Part shown: in pieces, positions 20,740-30,605 of the stretch
Layout of the letters: each line of letters starts with the position of its first letter
Numbering within the stretch: the stretch's first letter is position 1
Source: a bacterium
GTDB taxonomy: Bacteria; UBA8248
Direction: 5' to 3'
DNA length: 64,000 bases
Assembly: GCA_965207065.1 (NCBI GenBank)
Contig: OZ242260.1
Coordinates: 2,272,001 to 2,336,000, forward strand
Notes under the pieces: generated by a model
What the model saw: the letters and a program-made list of their open reading frames with translations, nothing else
Databases searched by the model: none
Told to the model about the DNA's origin: nothing
Position numbers and translations under genes: made by a program

Positions 20740-21548
20740 TTGCGCCAGGCTAAGCCCTGGAGAGGAGGATGCCATGACCTGAAACCTCTCGTAGCGACCC
20801 AGAGGGTTCGACTCCCGCCCGGCAAAGGCGAAGCCGGCCAGCCGGAAGCGAGTCTTGCATGGCGTGCGGCAACGCCCGTCGTGAAGCGTAGACAGCAGGT
20901 GATGAAGCGGCGGGGTAAGCCTCGAAATCGGTCAATCGACGACGCCTTCATTGTTAATCGTGTGGGGGCAGCACCGGGAGCGCCGCCAATGGCGAGGCGC
21001 AACGGGTCGTCCGGGGTCGTGGGCCGGCGCAAAGTCACGGGACGGGTCGCCAGGGAACCTGGGAGATCCTGCTCTTGCCCGTGGGCAAGAACGCTGGAAA
21101 GGGGACGGCCAGCGTGAACAATCCAGACCCCGGCCCGTCGCCGGACCTGCACGGCGGCGGGAGCGCCCCAGGGCGGACACGAACCCGGCAGGCGCCCGCG
21201 GAACCGGCTGGCCAAAACAATAAGCCGAAGGACATGCGAGGGTAGGAAGTCGTAGCGCCCTGATAGTACCGCTGAAGGCGGGGAACCGTGGCCATCGGGA
21301 CCCGCTGGAGGGAAGCGGGGCGTCATCTGTACAGAACCACTGATGGGAAACGATGGAGGAAACTCTGAGTTCCACCAACACGTACACGAAACAGCAGTGG
21401 ATAGCCGAACAGGCGAGGAATGCCTCGACCTGCGGACCAAGGGTGACAACCCCTTGAGCGAACCTGTCAGGTGAGGAACCGAGTGCGTCAATCGCGCACG
21501 CTCGGGTCTGCGGGGGGAGGGGCGCAGCAATGCCCCCTCCTACCCGGC
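20740..21548 (+). mobile_element. ORF-less group II intron (809 nt), deletion derivative of 13140-17399
   Basis: 20740-21418 is near-identical to 13140-13818; joined near 21455 to intact domains V and VI ending CTACCCGGC. Confidence 0.9.
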
Positions 21549-21962
21549 CAATGCTCCGGCGACAACGACCCCCCGGGATACGCAGGCATTGTAACGAATC
21601 CGCTTGCGGGTTGATTACGGGTCGTGGAGGGTGGATTTCGAAGATTCAGTTAAAGATAATACTATCAATATATTAGATAGATATGTGTCTAATCTAACCG
21701 GATGGATGCACCTAATTTATCGAATAACCCCGTGAATTTATCTATATTTACGGAAATGATTATTTGCATTTCGCATGTTCCCCGCTTCGACTGATCGACG
21801 GCCCGGCTCCTGCGATCCGCGCCCCTTCCACCCCCTGAAAAAAGAAAGCCGACGGGCTGTCTCCCGAGCATACCCCATCCCCCCGGAAATTCCGTAACGG
21901 CGAATGCGGGCACATGCGCGCGCCGAACGCGACCTGTTCGGGACGAGGAGGAAGAGAACCAA

Positions 21963-22100
21963 CCCCCCTACCCCCCCTTGTCAGGGGTCAAACGCGAGTG
22001 AGGAACGAGCGTTTGCATAAGCCATTGGCGGGAAACGCATCGGCTTGCAATTCCTCTCTCCCCGGTCGGAATTGACCCCTGACAAGGGGGGGTAGGGGGG
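21963..22100. repeat. 138-bp element with perfect 29-bp inverted repeats (MITE/REP-like)
   Basis: cccccctacccccccttgtcaggggtcaa at 21963-21991 and its reverse complement at 22072-22100. Confidence 0.8.
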
Positions 22101-22548
22101 GGTGACTATATGGGTTTTCCTTTCAAGGTGGTTGCCTTTACCCACTCAAGGCCTTTTTCAACAACCCCGAGGAGCGAGCGTTCGCAGGCCGGGGGACGGT
22201 CTCCATCATTGCGGGAAATCAAACCCTACCGATGAGAGAGTTCACGGTCTTCAAGCGTCATCGTCCCGGGGCCATCTTTCGCGTCGACTTGCGATGCCGG
22301 CGGCATCGCCGATTCCGGATTCCGGCATTCGCAAACCACCTTGCCCGGGGCCGGTTCCACCGATTTTCAGACCATTGCAAATCATCCCGGTTTCCCGTAT
22401 ACACGAACAATATAGAGAATGACAAAAGGAAGCTCTCGAACTCGTGGTCCGCACATGTGCGGGGGCATGCGACGGCCGACGATGAGCGACGCGACAGGGT
22501 TCGCCATCATGGGGAAATCGGGGTCGCCGCAGCCGGAATAGGAGAGTC

Positions 22549-23676
22549 ATGGCTGCCGTTGATCTCATCGACGTGACGAAGCGGTTCGGCCGGGTCACCG
22601 TCATCACCGATCTGAACCTGCAGATCGAAGAAGGCGAATTCGTGGTGCTGGTCGGCCCCTCGGGCTGCGGCAAGTCCACGACGCTTCGCATGATCGCCGG
22701 TCTCGAGGAAGTCTCGGCGGGCCGCATCATGATCGCCGGAAACGACGTCACCCATGCGCCTCCCAAGGCCCGCGACATCACCATGGTCTTCCAGTCCTAC
22801 GCGCTCTATCCGCACATGGACGTGGCGGGCAACATGTCGTTCTCGCTGCGCCTCGCCAAGTTCCCCAAGGCGGAGATCGCCGCGCGGGTGGCGCGCGCCG
22901 CGGAAATGCTCGGCCTGAGCGAACTGCTGCACCGCCAGCCGAGGGAGCTTTCGGGCGGTCAGCGCCAGCGCGTCGCCATGGGACGCGCCATCGTGCGCGA
23001 CGCCTATTGCTTCCTGTTCGACGAACCCCTATCGAACCTCGACGCCAAGCTCCGCGCCCAGATGCGCACCGAGCTGGCGCTGCTGCACAAGCAGCTCGAC
23101 CGCACCATGATCTACGTGACCCACGACCAGATCGAGGCCATGACGATGGCCGACCGCATCGTGATCATGGACGAGGGGGTCATTCAGCAGATCGGCACGC
23201 CGCCCGAGGTCTACAATCACCCCGTCAACCGGTTCGTCGCCGGCTTCATCGGCTCGCCGGCCATGAACATGCTCGACGGGGAGATCAAGGGGGAAGGTTC
23301 GGAATACGTGATTTCAGGAGACGGCTTCGAACTGCCGGTTCCCAGGGCCTTCCACGAGAGCCTCGCCAGCGCCGGTTCCCGGAAAGTCGTCGCGGGCCTG
23401 CGTCCCGAGCATTTCTCCTCGACGGGAGCGAGGTATTCGGGCGGCGCCACGGCCCCGGTGCAGCTCGCGGTCGACGTCGCCGAGTATGTCGGCTCCAACC
23501 AGTTTCTCGCCGCGCGCATCGGCGAGCAAAGGATTTCCGTCTCCGTGGAAGCCGGCCCGGAGCACGGGCGGATGGAATCCGGCACTTATTATTTCGAAAC
23601 GGAGCGGCTCTACCTGTTCGACAGGGAGACTGGTCTCGCGCTCAAGCCGGCCGCACGGGGCGGTACGGTTTCATGA
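22549..23676 (+). CDS. Carbohydrate ABC transporter ATP-binding protein (MalK/UgpC-like)
   Basis: GPSGCGKST, LSGGQRQR, DEPLSNLDAKLR and YVTHDQ. Confidence 0.95.
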   Translation: MAAVDLIDVTKRFGRVTVITDLNLQIEEGEFVVLVGPSGCGKSTTLRMIAGLEEVSAGRIMIAGNDVTHAPPKARDITMVFQSYALYPHMDVAGNMSFSLRLAKFPKAEIAARVARAAEMLGLSELLHRQPRELSGGQRQRVAMGRAIVRDAYCFLFDEPLSNLDAKLRAQMRTELALLHKQLDRTMIYVTHDQIEAMTMADRIVIMDEGVIQQIGTPPEVYNHPVNRFVAGFIGSPAMNMLDGEIKGEGSEYVISGDGFELPVPRAFHESLASAGSRKVVAGLRPEHFSSTGARYSGGATAPVQLAVDVAEYVGSNQFLAARIGEQRISVSVEAGPEHGRMESGTYYFETERLYLFDRETGLALKPAARGGTVS

Positions 23677-23687
23677 GGGATGGTTTT

Positions 23688-23871
23688 GTAGGGACAGGCC
23701 CCTTCGATACGCCGCCATCGGCGGCTACTCAGGGTGAGGCGGCGTGGCGCCCGATTGTGCATAGGCAACCCCGTCTGCGGCGCAAGTGTAGGGGCCGCAT
23801 ATATGCGGCCCATGGCGGATGGCGAAAAAAGGCCGGGTCGCATATATGTCGGACATATATGTCCGACCTAC
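23688..23871. repeat. Cluster of GTAG-type REP-like palindromes
   Basis: gtaggggccgcatatatgcggccc at 23788-23811; gtcggacatatatgtccgacctac ending 23871; hairpin at 23700-23736. Confidence 0.6.
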
Positions 23872-24025
23872 ACCCCCTCGACAAGGAGAATGAGAAAACC
23901 TCAAGAACGAGGGAATGGGAATGATGAATCGGGCTGCTGGATTCTTTATGAATGGACCACTCAGGAGAAGTTGTCGATTTAAGTGTATGATTCCATTTCA
24001 TTACTAACCTGATAAGGAGGAAATC

Positions 24026-25381
24026 ATGAAAACGAAATTCCGGATCACAGGATTGGTCGCGCTTGCGGCGGCCCTGGCCCTGACGTTCAGCGCCACGACG
24101 CTGATGGCCAATCCCTACGAGAAGTACAAGGGCAAGACGCTGGTGGTCAGCTGGCCCTCGAATTCGCACTTCAAGAAGGCCAAGCAACTGGTCGCCGAGT
24201 TCACAAAGGAAACGGGCATCAAGGTCGAGATCGACTACTCCCAGTACCTCAAGATGCGGAATCGCCAGCTTCTGGAGATGAGCAAGAAAGACGGCGACTT
24301 CGACGTCGTCGCCTGGGTGGTGATGTGGAAGGGCGAGTATGTGGCGAAGGGCCTGCTGACGCCCCTGTCGCAGTTCTTCACCAGCCCCGCGTTCGTCGAC
24401 CCGAACTACGACATCGATGACATCGCCGACGCCTACATCCAGAACGGCGGCATCGTCGGCGGCAAGAAGGGCTATCTGCCCGGCAAGTCGGGCGCGCTCT
24501 ACGGCCTGCCGTTCGGCGCCGAGACCTCGATCCTGGCCTACCGCAAGGACGTGTTCAAGAAGCTGGGCCTCGCCGTGCCGAAGACCTACGCCGACGTCCG
24601 CAAGGCGGCGAAGACCATCAAGGAGAAGACAGGAATGGGCGGCCTCACCATGCGCGGCAAGACCGGACACCAGGTCACGGCCGCCTGGCTGTTCCATGCC
24701 GCGCCCATGGGCGCCCGCGTCTTCGACGACAAGTGGCAGCCCGTTTTCAACAGCCCCGCCGGCGTGAAGACCGCGGAGTTCCTGCGCGAGACGGTGAAGT
24801 ACGGCCCCCGGGGCATTCCCTCCTACAGCTACGGCGAGGCGTCCAAGGCGTTCCTGCACGGCGACGCCGCCATGTACATCGACTCGCTGAAGATCGCCGC
24901 CAGGGCCCGCGACCCGAAGCAATCGAAGGTCGTCGGCAAGGTTGGCTACGCGCTCCACCCGACCGACGTCCAGTGCGGCTCCGAGACGGGCGGTTTCGCC
25001 ATGGGCATACCGGCCAACTCGAAGAACAAGGAGGCGGCGTTCCTGTTCATCCAGTGGTTGACCTCGAAGAAGGCCGACCGGCGGATCGTCGAACTCGGCG
25101 GCGACCCGATCCGCATCTCCACGCTCACCGATCCGGTGTTCTCCAAAAAATTCCCGGAATATCCGGTGATCGCGGAACAGCTCAAATGCGCCGACCCGGA
25201 CTGGCGGCCGCTGATCCCCGAGTGGAACGAGTTGAACATCAAGGTGCTCGGCATCGCGCTGCACCAGGTCCTGACCTCCGACAAGCCCATCAAGCCGATT
25301 CTGGACAAGGCGGCGGTAAAGGCGCGCGCCGTCATGAAACGCGAGGGCTACTATCGGTGGCAGTCGAAATCCTCCAAGTAG
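24026..25381 (+). CDS. Sugar ABC transporter substrate-binding protein
   Basis: Signal peptide; EFTKETGIKV, LYGLPF..ETSILAYRKD and KEAAFLFIQWLTS. Confidence 0.9.
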   Translation: MKTKFRITGLVALAAALALTFSATTLMANPYEKYKGKTLVVSWPSNSHFKKAKQLVAEFTKETGIKVEIDYSQYLKMRNRQLLEMSKKDGDFDVVAWVVMWKGEYVAKGLLTPLSQFFTSPAFVDPNYDIDDIADAYIQNGGIVGGKKGYLPGKSGALYGLPFGAETSILAYRKDVFKKLGLAVPKTYADVRKAAKTIKEKTGMGGLTMRGKTGHQVTAAWLFHAAPMGARVFDDKWQPVFNSPAGVKTAEFLRETVKYGPRGIPSYSYGEASKAFLHGDAAMYIDSLKIAARARDPKQSKVVGKVGYALHPTDVQCGSETGGFAMGIPANSKNKEAAFLFIQWLTSKKADRRIVELGGDPIRISTLTDPVFSKKFPEYPVIAEQLKCADPDWRPLIPEWNELNIKVLGIALHQVLTSDKPIKPILDKAAVKARAVMKREGYYRWQSKSSK

Positions 25382-25397
25382 CCGAAACCCCTGAAAC

Positions 25398-25426
25398 CGC
25401 CTCCCCCGGCCCTGCCGGGGGAGGCG
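25398..25426 (+). promoter_or_regulatory. GC-rich intergenic stem-loop after the binding-protein gene
   Basis: gcctcccccggc-cct-gccgggggaggc. Confidence 0.5.
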
Positions 25427-25463
25427 CTTCGCCCGCAGGCAGCCGGTTCCCGGAACGCTCGCC

Positions 25464-26375
25464 ATGAGCGACCCGTCCCCTCCGGTCGCAACGGGCATGC
25501 GGCGGTGGGTCGTCGGTTACCTGTTCGTCGCGCCCGCCGTCCTGCTCATGGGCGCGGGCCTCATCTATCCGGTCGTCCAGGGGCTTTTGCTCAGCATGCA
25601 GGACTGGGCGATCGGCACGCCGATGTCGACGGCGGAGTTCATCGGCGCAGACAACTATCTGCGCATGCTACGCGACGAGAACGTCCAGGAATCCATGTGG
25701 GTGACGTTCAAGTTCGGCTTCTTCACGATCACCATCGAGATGACGCTGGGGGTCGCGCTGGCCCTGCTGCTGGAGAAACCGATTCGCGGCGCGTCCATCT
25801 TCCGGACGATCTTCATCATGCCGCTCATGATTTCGCCCGTGGTGGTCGGGTTGGTATGGCGCTACCTGTTCGACGCCCGGGCGGGCTGGATCAACCATTA
25901 CATGGAACTCGCCGGCTTCGAGCCGCTGATCTGGCTGGGGGAGCCGCATCTCGCGTTTTTCGCCATCGTGTTCACGGACATCTGGCAGTGGACGCCGTTC
26001 GTCTTCATCATCGTGATCGCAGGCCTTCAGGCGCTGCCCTCGGAGGTGCTCGAAGCGTCGCGCATCGACGGCGCGAATACGTGGCAGCAGATCTTCCTGG
26101 TGAAGCTGCCGATGATCAAGTCGATCCTGATCATCGCTCTCCTGCTCCGGCTCATCGACGTCTTCAAGGGGCTGGAGGTCATGCTGATCCTGACGGAAGG
26201 CGGCCCGGGGCTGGCGACGGAACTGCTGTCGCTGCACGTCTACAAGACCGCCTTCGACGCCCAGCAACTCGGCTATGCGGCGGCCATCTCCGTCCTCCTG
26301 CTGCTGATCGTCTTCGCCCTCAGCCTGGCGATCCTGCTGGTCAGCAACCCCATGAAAACCCGCGCCGACGTGTGA
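25464..26375 (+). CDS. Sugar ABC transporter permease
   Basis: WQWTPF and EASRIDGA (EAA loop). Confidence 0.93.
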   Translation: MSDPSPPVATGMRRWVVGYLFVAPAVLLMGAGLIYPVVQGLLLSMQDWAIGTPMSTAEFIGADNYLRMLRDENVQESMWVTFKFGFFTITIEMTLGVALALLLEKPIRGASIFRTIFIMPLMISPVVVGLVWRYLFDARAGWINHYMELAGFEPLIWLGEPHLAFFAIVFTDIWQWTPFVFIIVIAGLQALPSEVLEASRIDGANTWQQIFLVKLPMIKSILIIALLLRLIDVFKGLEVMLILTEGGPGLATELLSLHVYKTAFDAQQLGYAAAISVLLLLIVFALSLAILLVSNPMKTRADV

Positions 26376-26376
26376 G

Positions 26377-27219
26377 GTGAAGGCGATGCGTTTCGAACCG
26401 GCCAAACCGAGAATGATCTTCCACTACGCGGGACTCATCCTGTTGTCGATCATATGCCTGACGCCCATCTACATCATGATCAGCACTTCCTTCAAGAACG
26501 AGGTGCTGATCTTCGACGGGAATCCCGTGTGGTTTTTCTTCTTCCCCACCCTGCAGAACTACGTCGACATCATCGGCGATGCGCACTTCGACCGGTATCT
26601 GCTGAATTCCGTCATCGTGGGCGTTTCGACAACCCTGATCACGCTGACGGCCGGCGGCATGGCGGCCTACGCGCTGGCCCGCATGCAGTTCCCGGGCCGC
26701 CAGTCCATCGCCAACGGGGCGCTCCTGGTCCGCATGATACCGCCGGCGGTGCTGGCGATCCCGGCCTTCGCAGTCTCCATCGTGCTGGGGATTGCGAACC
26801 AGCTTTCGGGCCTCGTCTTCTTCTACACGGCGCTCAACCTGCCCTTCTCCATCTGGCTGCTCTACGGCTTCGTGAAGCAGGTTCCGGTCGAGCTCGAGGA
26901 AGCCGCCATCGTGGACGGAGCCACGCCCTGGCAGGTGTTCACCCGCGTCCTCTTCCCGGTGATGAAGGCCGGTTACGCGGTGACCGGAATCTTCGTATTC
27001 CGGATCGCATGGAACGAGTTCATCCTGGCCCTGCTGCTGACGGACAGGACCACGCGCACGCTGCCGGTCGCCACCAGCCTGTTCCTGACGGACTCGGGCC
27101 CCGAGTGGGGGCGCATCATGGCCATGGGCACGCTCATCGTCATCCCGCCGCTCATCTTCACCTTCTTCTCCGCACGTCAGATCATCGCCGGCATGACGGC
27201 CGGCGCGGTGAAGGGGTAA
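26377..27219 (+). CDS. Sugar ABC transporter permease
   Basis: ELEEAAIVDGA and AWNEF. Confidence 0.93.
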   Translation: MKAMRFEPAKPRMIFHYAGLILLSIICLTPIYIMISTSFKNEVLIFDGNPVWFFFFPTLQNYVDIIGDAHFDRYLLNSVIVGVSTTLITLTAGGMAAYALARMQFPGRQSIANGALLVRMIPPAVLAIPAFAVSIVLGIANQLSGLVFFYTALNLPFSIWLLYGFVKQVPVELEEAAIVDGATPWQVFTRVLFPVMKAGYAVTGIFVFRIAWNEFILALLLTDRTTRTLPVATSLFLTDSGPEWGRIMAMGTLIVIPPLIFTFFSARQIIAGMTAGAVKG

Positions 27220-27329
27220 CGGGAGGACCTGTGCGGTCTCCGGAGGCGGCGTTCCTTCACGTTTACAAGAGAAATGGCTGAGGGCAAAAAAAGTTGAGAA
27301 CGCGTCGTAATCGACCGCCCGAGAAGCCC

Positions 27330-27953
27330 CTACCCCGCCAACCCGTCAATAACCCTTCGCCACGCATCGGGCGTTACTTCCACGATCTCCATCTCACCTA
27401 CGGAGACGCTGCATATCACGACGTCGACTTCCAGTTCCCGGAGCGTTGCGAGGCTGCCCGCCATCTCCGCCTCATCGCCCCCGTCGTCGGTGACGACGAT
27501 GGTCTTCCACTCTCCACCATCCAGATAAATCGCGTCGCCCGTGAAGAGGTACGTCTTGCCGTGGGGCGAGCGGTAGCACACGCTGTTATTCGTGTGGCCC
27601 GGCGTATGAAGAACCTCGATGTCGCCTGAGAGAAACTCGCGCGGGGGAGAATCGAAAAGAATGTCGGCGGAAACCGCCTCTGGCAGATAGGGCGCGACGA
27701 GCGCGTGGCAGCACAGTTTCGAGCCGAATCGCCCGGCCGCATCTGCGAGCGACTCGTCCACCTCGTGGCAATGGCTCAGGCAGTGATGCGCAACACCTCC
27801 CCGCTCGCTTATCTCCTCGAAATCGCCTGAACTTCTCGGGTTGTAGAAGAGGACGTTGCCTCCCGGGCGTTCGAGCAGATAGGCGTGAACGGTGAGGACG
27901 CCGAACTGTTTTTCCTCGGCCGTCTGCCACAGGTCGGGGTAGAGACGTTTCAT
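27330..27953 (-). CDS. Metallo-beta-lactamase-fold protein
   Basis: SHCHE, HTPGHT and FTGD. Confidence 0.8.
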   Translation of the reverse strand: MKRLYPDLWQTAEEKQFGVLTVHAYLLERPGGNVLFYNPRSSGDFEEISERGGVAHHCLSHCHEVDESLADAAGRFGSKLCCHALVAPYLPEAVSADILFDSPPREFLSGDIEVLHTPGHTNNSVCYRSPHGKTYLFTGDAIYLDGGEWKTIVVTDDGGDEAEMAGSLATLRELEVDVVICSVSVGEMEIVEVTPDAWRRVIDGLAG

Positions 27954-28158
27954 GTTTTACGCTCACTCCTCATAAAGCCGGGCCGCTCCCTCGGTGAAAG
28001 CCTACTCCTTCTGTTCTTCATAGGAGATGAAGGTGATGTCCACCGCCTCCAAGATGATAGAAATGCATCAACTATGATAACGTATTCTGCCGAATCGTCA
28101 TTTTCAGCAAATGCCTGGTTGAAGATATGGTTATTTTCACTCTTGAGGAGGCTAAAAA

Positions 28159-29166
28159 ATGAATATTACCAATAATTTTACTCATCAAACTCCCAGGCCA
28201 AAAACTACCGTCGCGCCCGTAACGGTCATCCGCTTCGGTGAAATGATGCCTGATTGGGGGGAATATCACGAATCGCACATGGAGGGGAACCATCGAGCGA
28301 TATATCGATACATCGGCGGAATTTCCGGTCAAAATCTTCGCTCTCCACTCCCCGGCTGGGAATTCACCTGTGGCGTCGTCATGGCTCCCCCTCAAAACGG
28401 CGCACCTCTTCACGATCATCCGGATGAAGAGGTTTTCATGGTCTGGGAGGGTGAATTTGAGATTTTCTGGGAAGATTTTGATTCCAAAGAGCTAAAAAAC
28501 GTGATTCTGGGCAAATATGATCTTATCCGCGTCCCCTCGGGTGTGATGCGCGGGTTCAGAAATGTCGGAAAGGACGATGGCTTCCTGCACTTCATCCACG
28601 GGCAAGGCGACTACCAATATCCCGTCTACCCCGAATCGCTACAAGAGGGTCTGCCCGAAGGTGTTCGCACCAAACCTTACGTCAACCAACCCGCATATGA
28701 CCCGGCTTCCCAATTGGTGCGTTTCGAGGAATGTCCACGCAACTGGAATGTATACCACGAAGCAAAATTGCCTGAGTGTGTTCGTTCCCTGAGGCGCTAC
28801 ATCGGCGGTGTATCCGGGGATACGGATGAAGGCCCACCGCCTTCACTTTCCGAAGGAGAGATAGGGTACGCCATGGTGGAATGCGGCAATGGACGGGGCG
28901 CACCGCTTCATGACCATCCGTGTGAGGAAATATTTATCCCGCTGGAAGGCAGGTGGGTCGTCTACTGGTCCGATGAACGCGGAAGCATCCACCAGGCCGT
29001 TCTCGACCCGTGGGATGCCTGCTGGGTGCCCACCGGAGTACAACGCGGGTTCCGGAACGCCGACCGCACCGAGGGGAAAATTCACATCATTCAAGGACAA
29101 GGAGGAACCCCGGCCCCAAACTATACGGCGGATTACTCCACTCTAAAAAATATTCAAACGAAATAA
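28159..29166 (+). CDS. Bicupin protein
   Basis: Two repeats of RYIGG.SG...GAPLHDHP.EE.F...P.GV.RGFRN. Confidence 0.85.
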   Translation: MNITNNFTHQTPRPKTTVAPVTVIRFGEMMPDWGEYHESHMEGNHRAIYRYIGGISGQNLRSPLPGWEFTCGVVMAPPQNGAPLHDHPDEEVFMVWEGEFEIFWEDFDSKELKNVILGKYDLIRVPSGVMRGFRNVGKDDGFLHFIHGQGDYQYPVYPESLQEGLPEGVRTKPYVNQPAYDPASQLVRFEECPRNWNVYHEAKLPECVRSLRRYIGGVSGDTDEGPPPSLSEGEIGYAMVECGNGRGAPLHDHPCEEIFIPLEGRWVVYWSDERGSIHQAVLDPWDACWVPTGVQRGFRNADRTEGKIHIIQGQGGTPAPNYTADYSTLKNIQTK

Positions 29167-29362
29167 CAGGACGGAAATGAACTCGACCAGTAATTCTGTC
29201 CGTTTTACTTTTCTCGGCGATGACGCGCTCCCTCTTTGGCGTTACTCTGATGTTCTTCTTCTGCGGTATACTTGAGGAATTGTCGTTCGAGAAGGCGGAT
29301 ATCACCGTCCTCTGGGAGAAATTCTCGGAGTATCGTACCTATGTCGTGAAAGGTGAGGACTG

Positions 29363-30409
29363 ATGGATAGCGGCAAACGTGACGAGAATGGGGAGAACGC
29401 CCGTTTCTTGCTGGAAAGTCTTCAAAACGCCGTTGCGCTGCTTGTCCGTCTATGCGACTTTAAGATTGTCTTCGAGAATGAGCGGTTCCGCTCCTGGCTC
29501 CCTGCAACCGGCGAGAACGTGAATACGCTTGTTTCTCGAATAGGCGAGTTGGACGGCGCGGCGGTGAAGACCTGCCTGGACGGCGGCGATCCGTATCTTT
29601 TCGAGATGTTGGCGCGGGAGGAATCGAGGCCGAAACCGCTGCAAGTCGTGATTCGCAGGCTCCCCGGTTCGTGGGCGGCGCATGTGATGGTGGAATGTTT
29701 CGACATATCAAGGCAACACGAATTAGAGCACATGATGGAGAGTTATTTGGAGATATTCGAAAGGGCGCATATCGACCTGAGTGAAAAACTGCGCGGCGGG
29801 GAGAAGCTGATTGGCAACATGTTGCACGGGTTCGTCCGTCGCGAACTGGAAAATCAAGGGGTCGTGGCACCGCGAAGATTCGAACGCCTGACAACGTTAA
29901 TACTTGATTTCGTCGATTTCACAACAACGACCATGTCGCAGGACCTCGCTCACGTGGTCATGATATTGAACGACATCTGCACGGAATTCGACCGCATTGC
30001 GGAGATATCCGGGTGCGAGCGGATCAAGACGATTGGAGACGCCTGGCACGCGGTGCCCGCCCTTCCAGTTCCGGATGATCGCCAATCATCCAAAGTGGCG
30101 CGGATGGCGCTCCGGATGAGACATTACATCAAAGAACGCAACCGCACTCATCCGGAACAATGGGTGCCGCATCGGGCTCGCTACCGGCCCGGCAATCGGG
30201 GCCATGGTAGGAGTGCAAAGGCTTGCCTATGACGTGTTCGGGCCGAGCGTGAACCTTGCATCCCGCTTGGAGGCGCTGGCCGATTCGATGCAGATCCTTG
30301 TCTGTGAAAAAACGCAAGCGTTGACGGAGGCGGAGTTTTCCTTCGGCAAATGGGGAGAGGTCGAAATCAAGGGTTTTGGATCCCAGGTGATTCACGAACT
30401 CTTCGACTA
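29363..30409 (+). pseudogene. Adenylate/guanylate cyclase, frameshifted near 30165
   Basis: DFVDFT and ERIKTIGDA in one frame; YDVFGPSVNLASRLE and VEIKGFG in another. Confidence 0.85.
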
Positions 30410-30605
30410 GACGAATCCTCTGGTTTCTTGCTCCCTCATTTGCCTGAACAAGAATAACCCCCTAGGTTAGCGAATGATTCGCAAAGTTGTTTGACGTGCG
30501 AGACAAAGCGATCTTGGGCATGTAATATGTCCACATTCTGTTGACTTAAGGCACAGGCCTCTATATATCGCTTACCCGCCCTGCCAAACTTTCCGGGAGA
30601 AGATA

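Larger units (their letters stand above)
17409..21549 (-). mobile_element. IS66-family element copy 2 (tnpC plus DUF4338); left IR interrupted by an ORF-less intron; 8-bp target duplication aatgctcc
   Basis: IR gtaaccgttcggcgacagggtgatgg at 17409; complement at 20715-20739 plus C at 21549; aatgctcc at 17401-17408 and 21550-21557. Confidence 0.9.

Noticed and set aside
21558-21620. Possible lost signal-peptide region of the 11642 gene on the minus strand
   Set aside because: The hydrophobic stretch is short and has no in-frame start codon
9085-22265. Similar short starts MEFTVFKRH (9086) and MREFTVFKRH (22232)
   Set aside because: Only about 25 bp of similarity; no function can be supported
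23729-25498. Long antisense ORFs (also 30561-31676, 56367-58061, 51564-52625)
   Set aside because: Shadow frames of real genes in high-GC DNA
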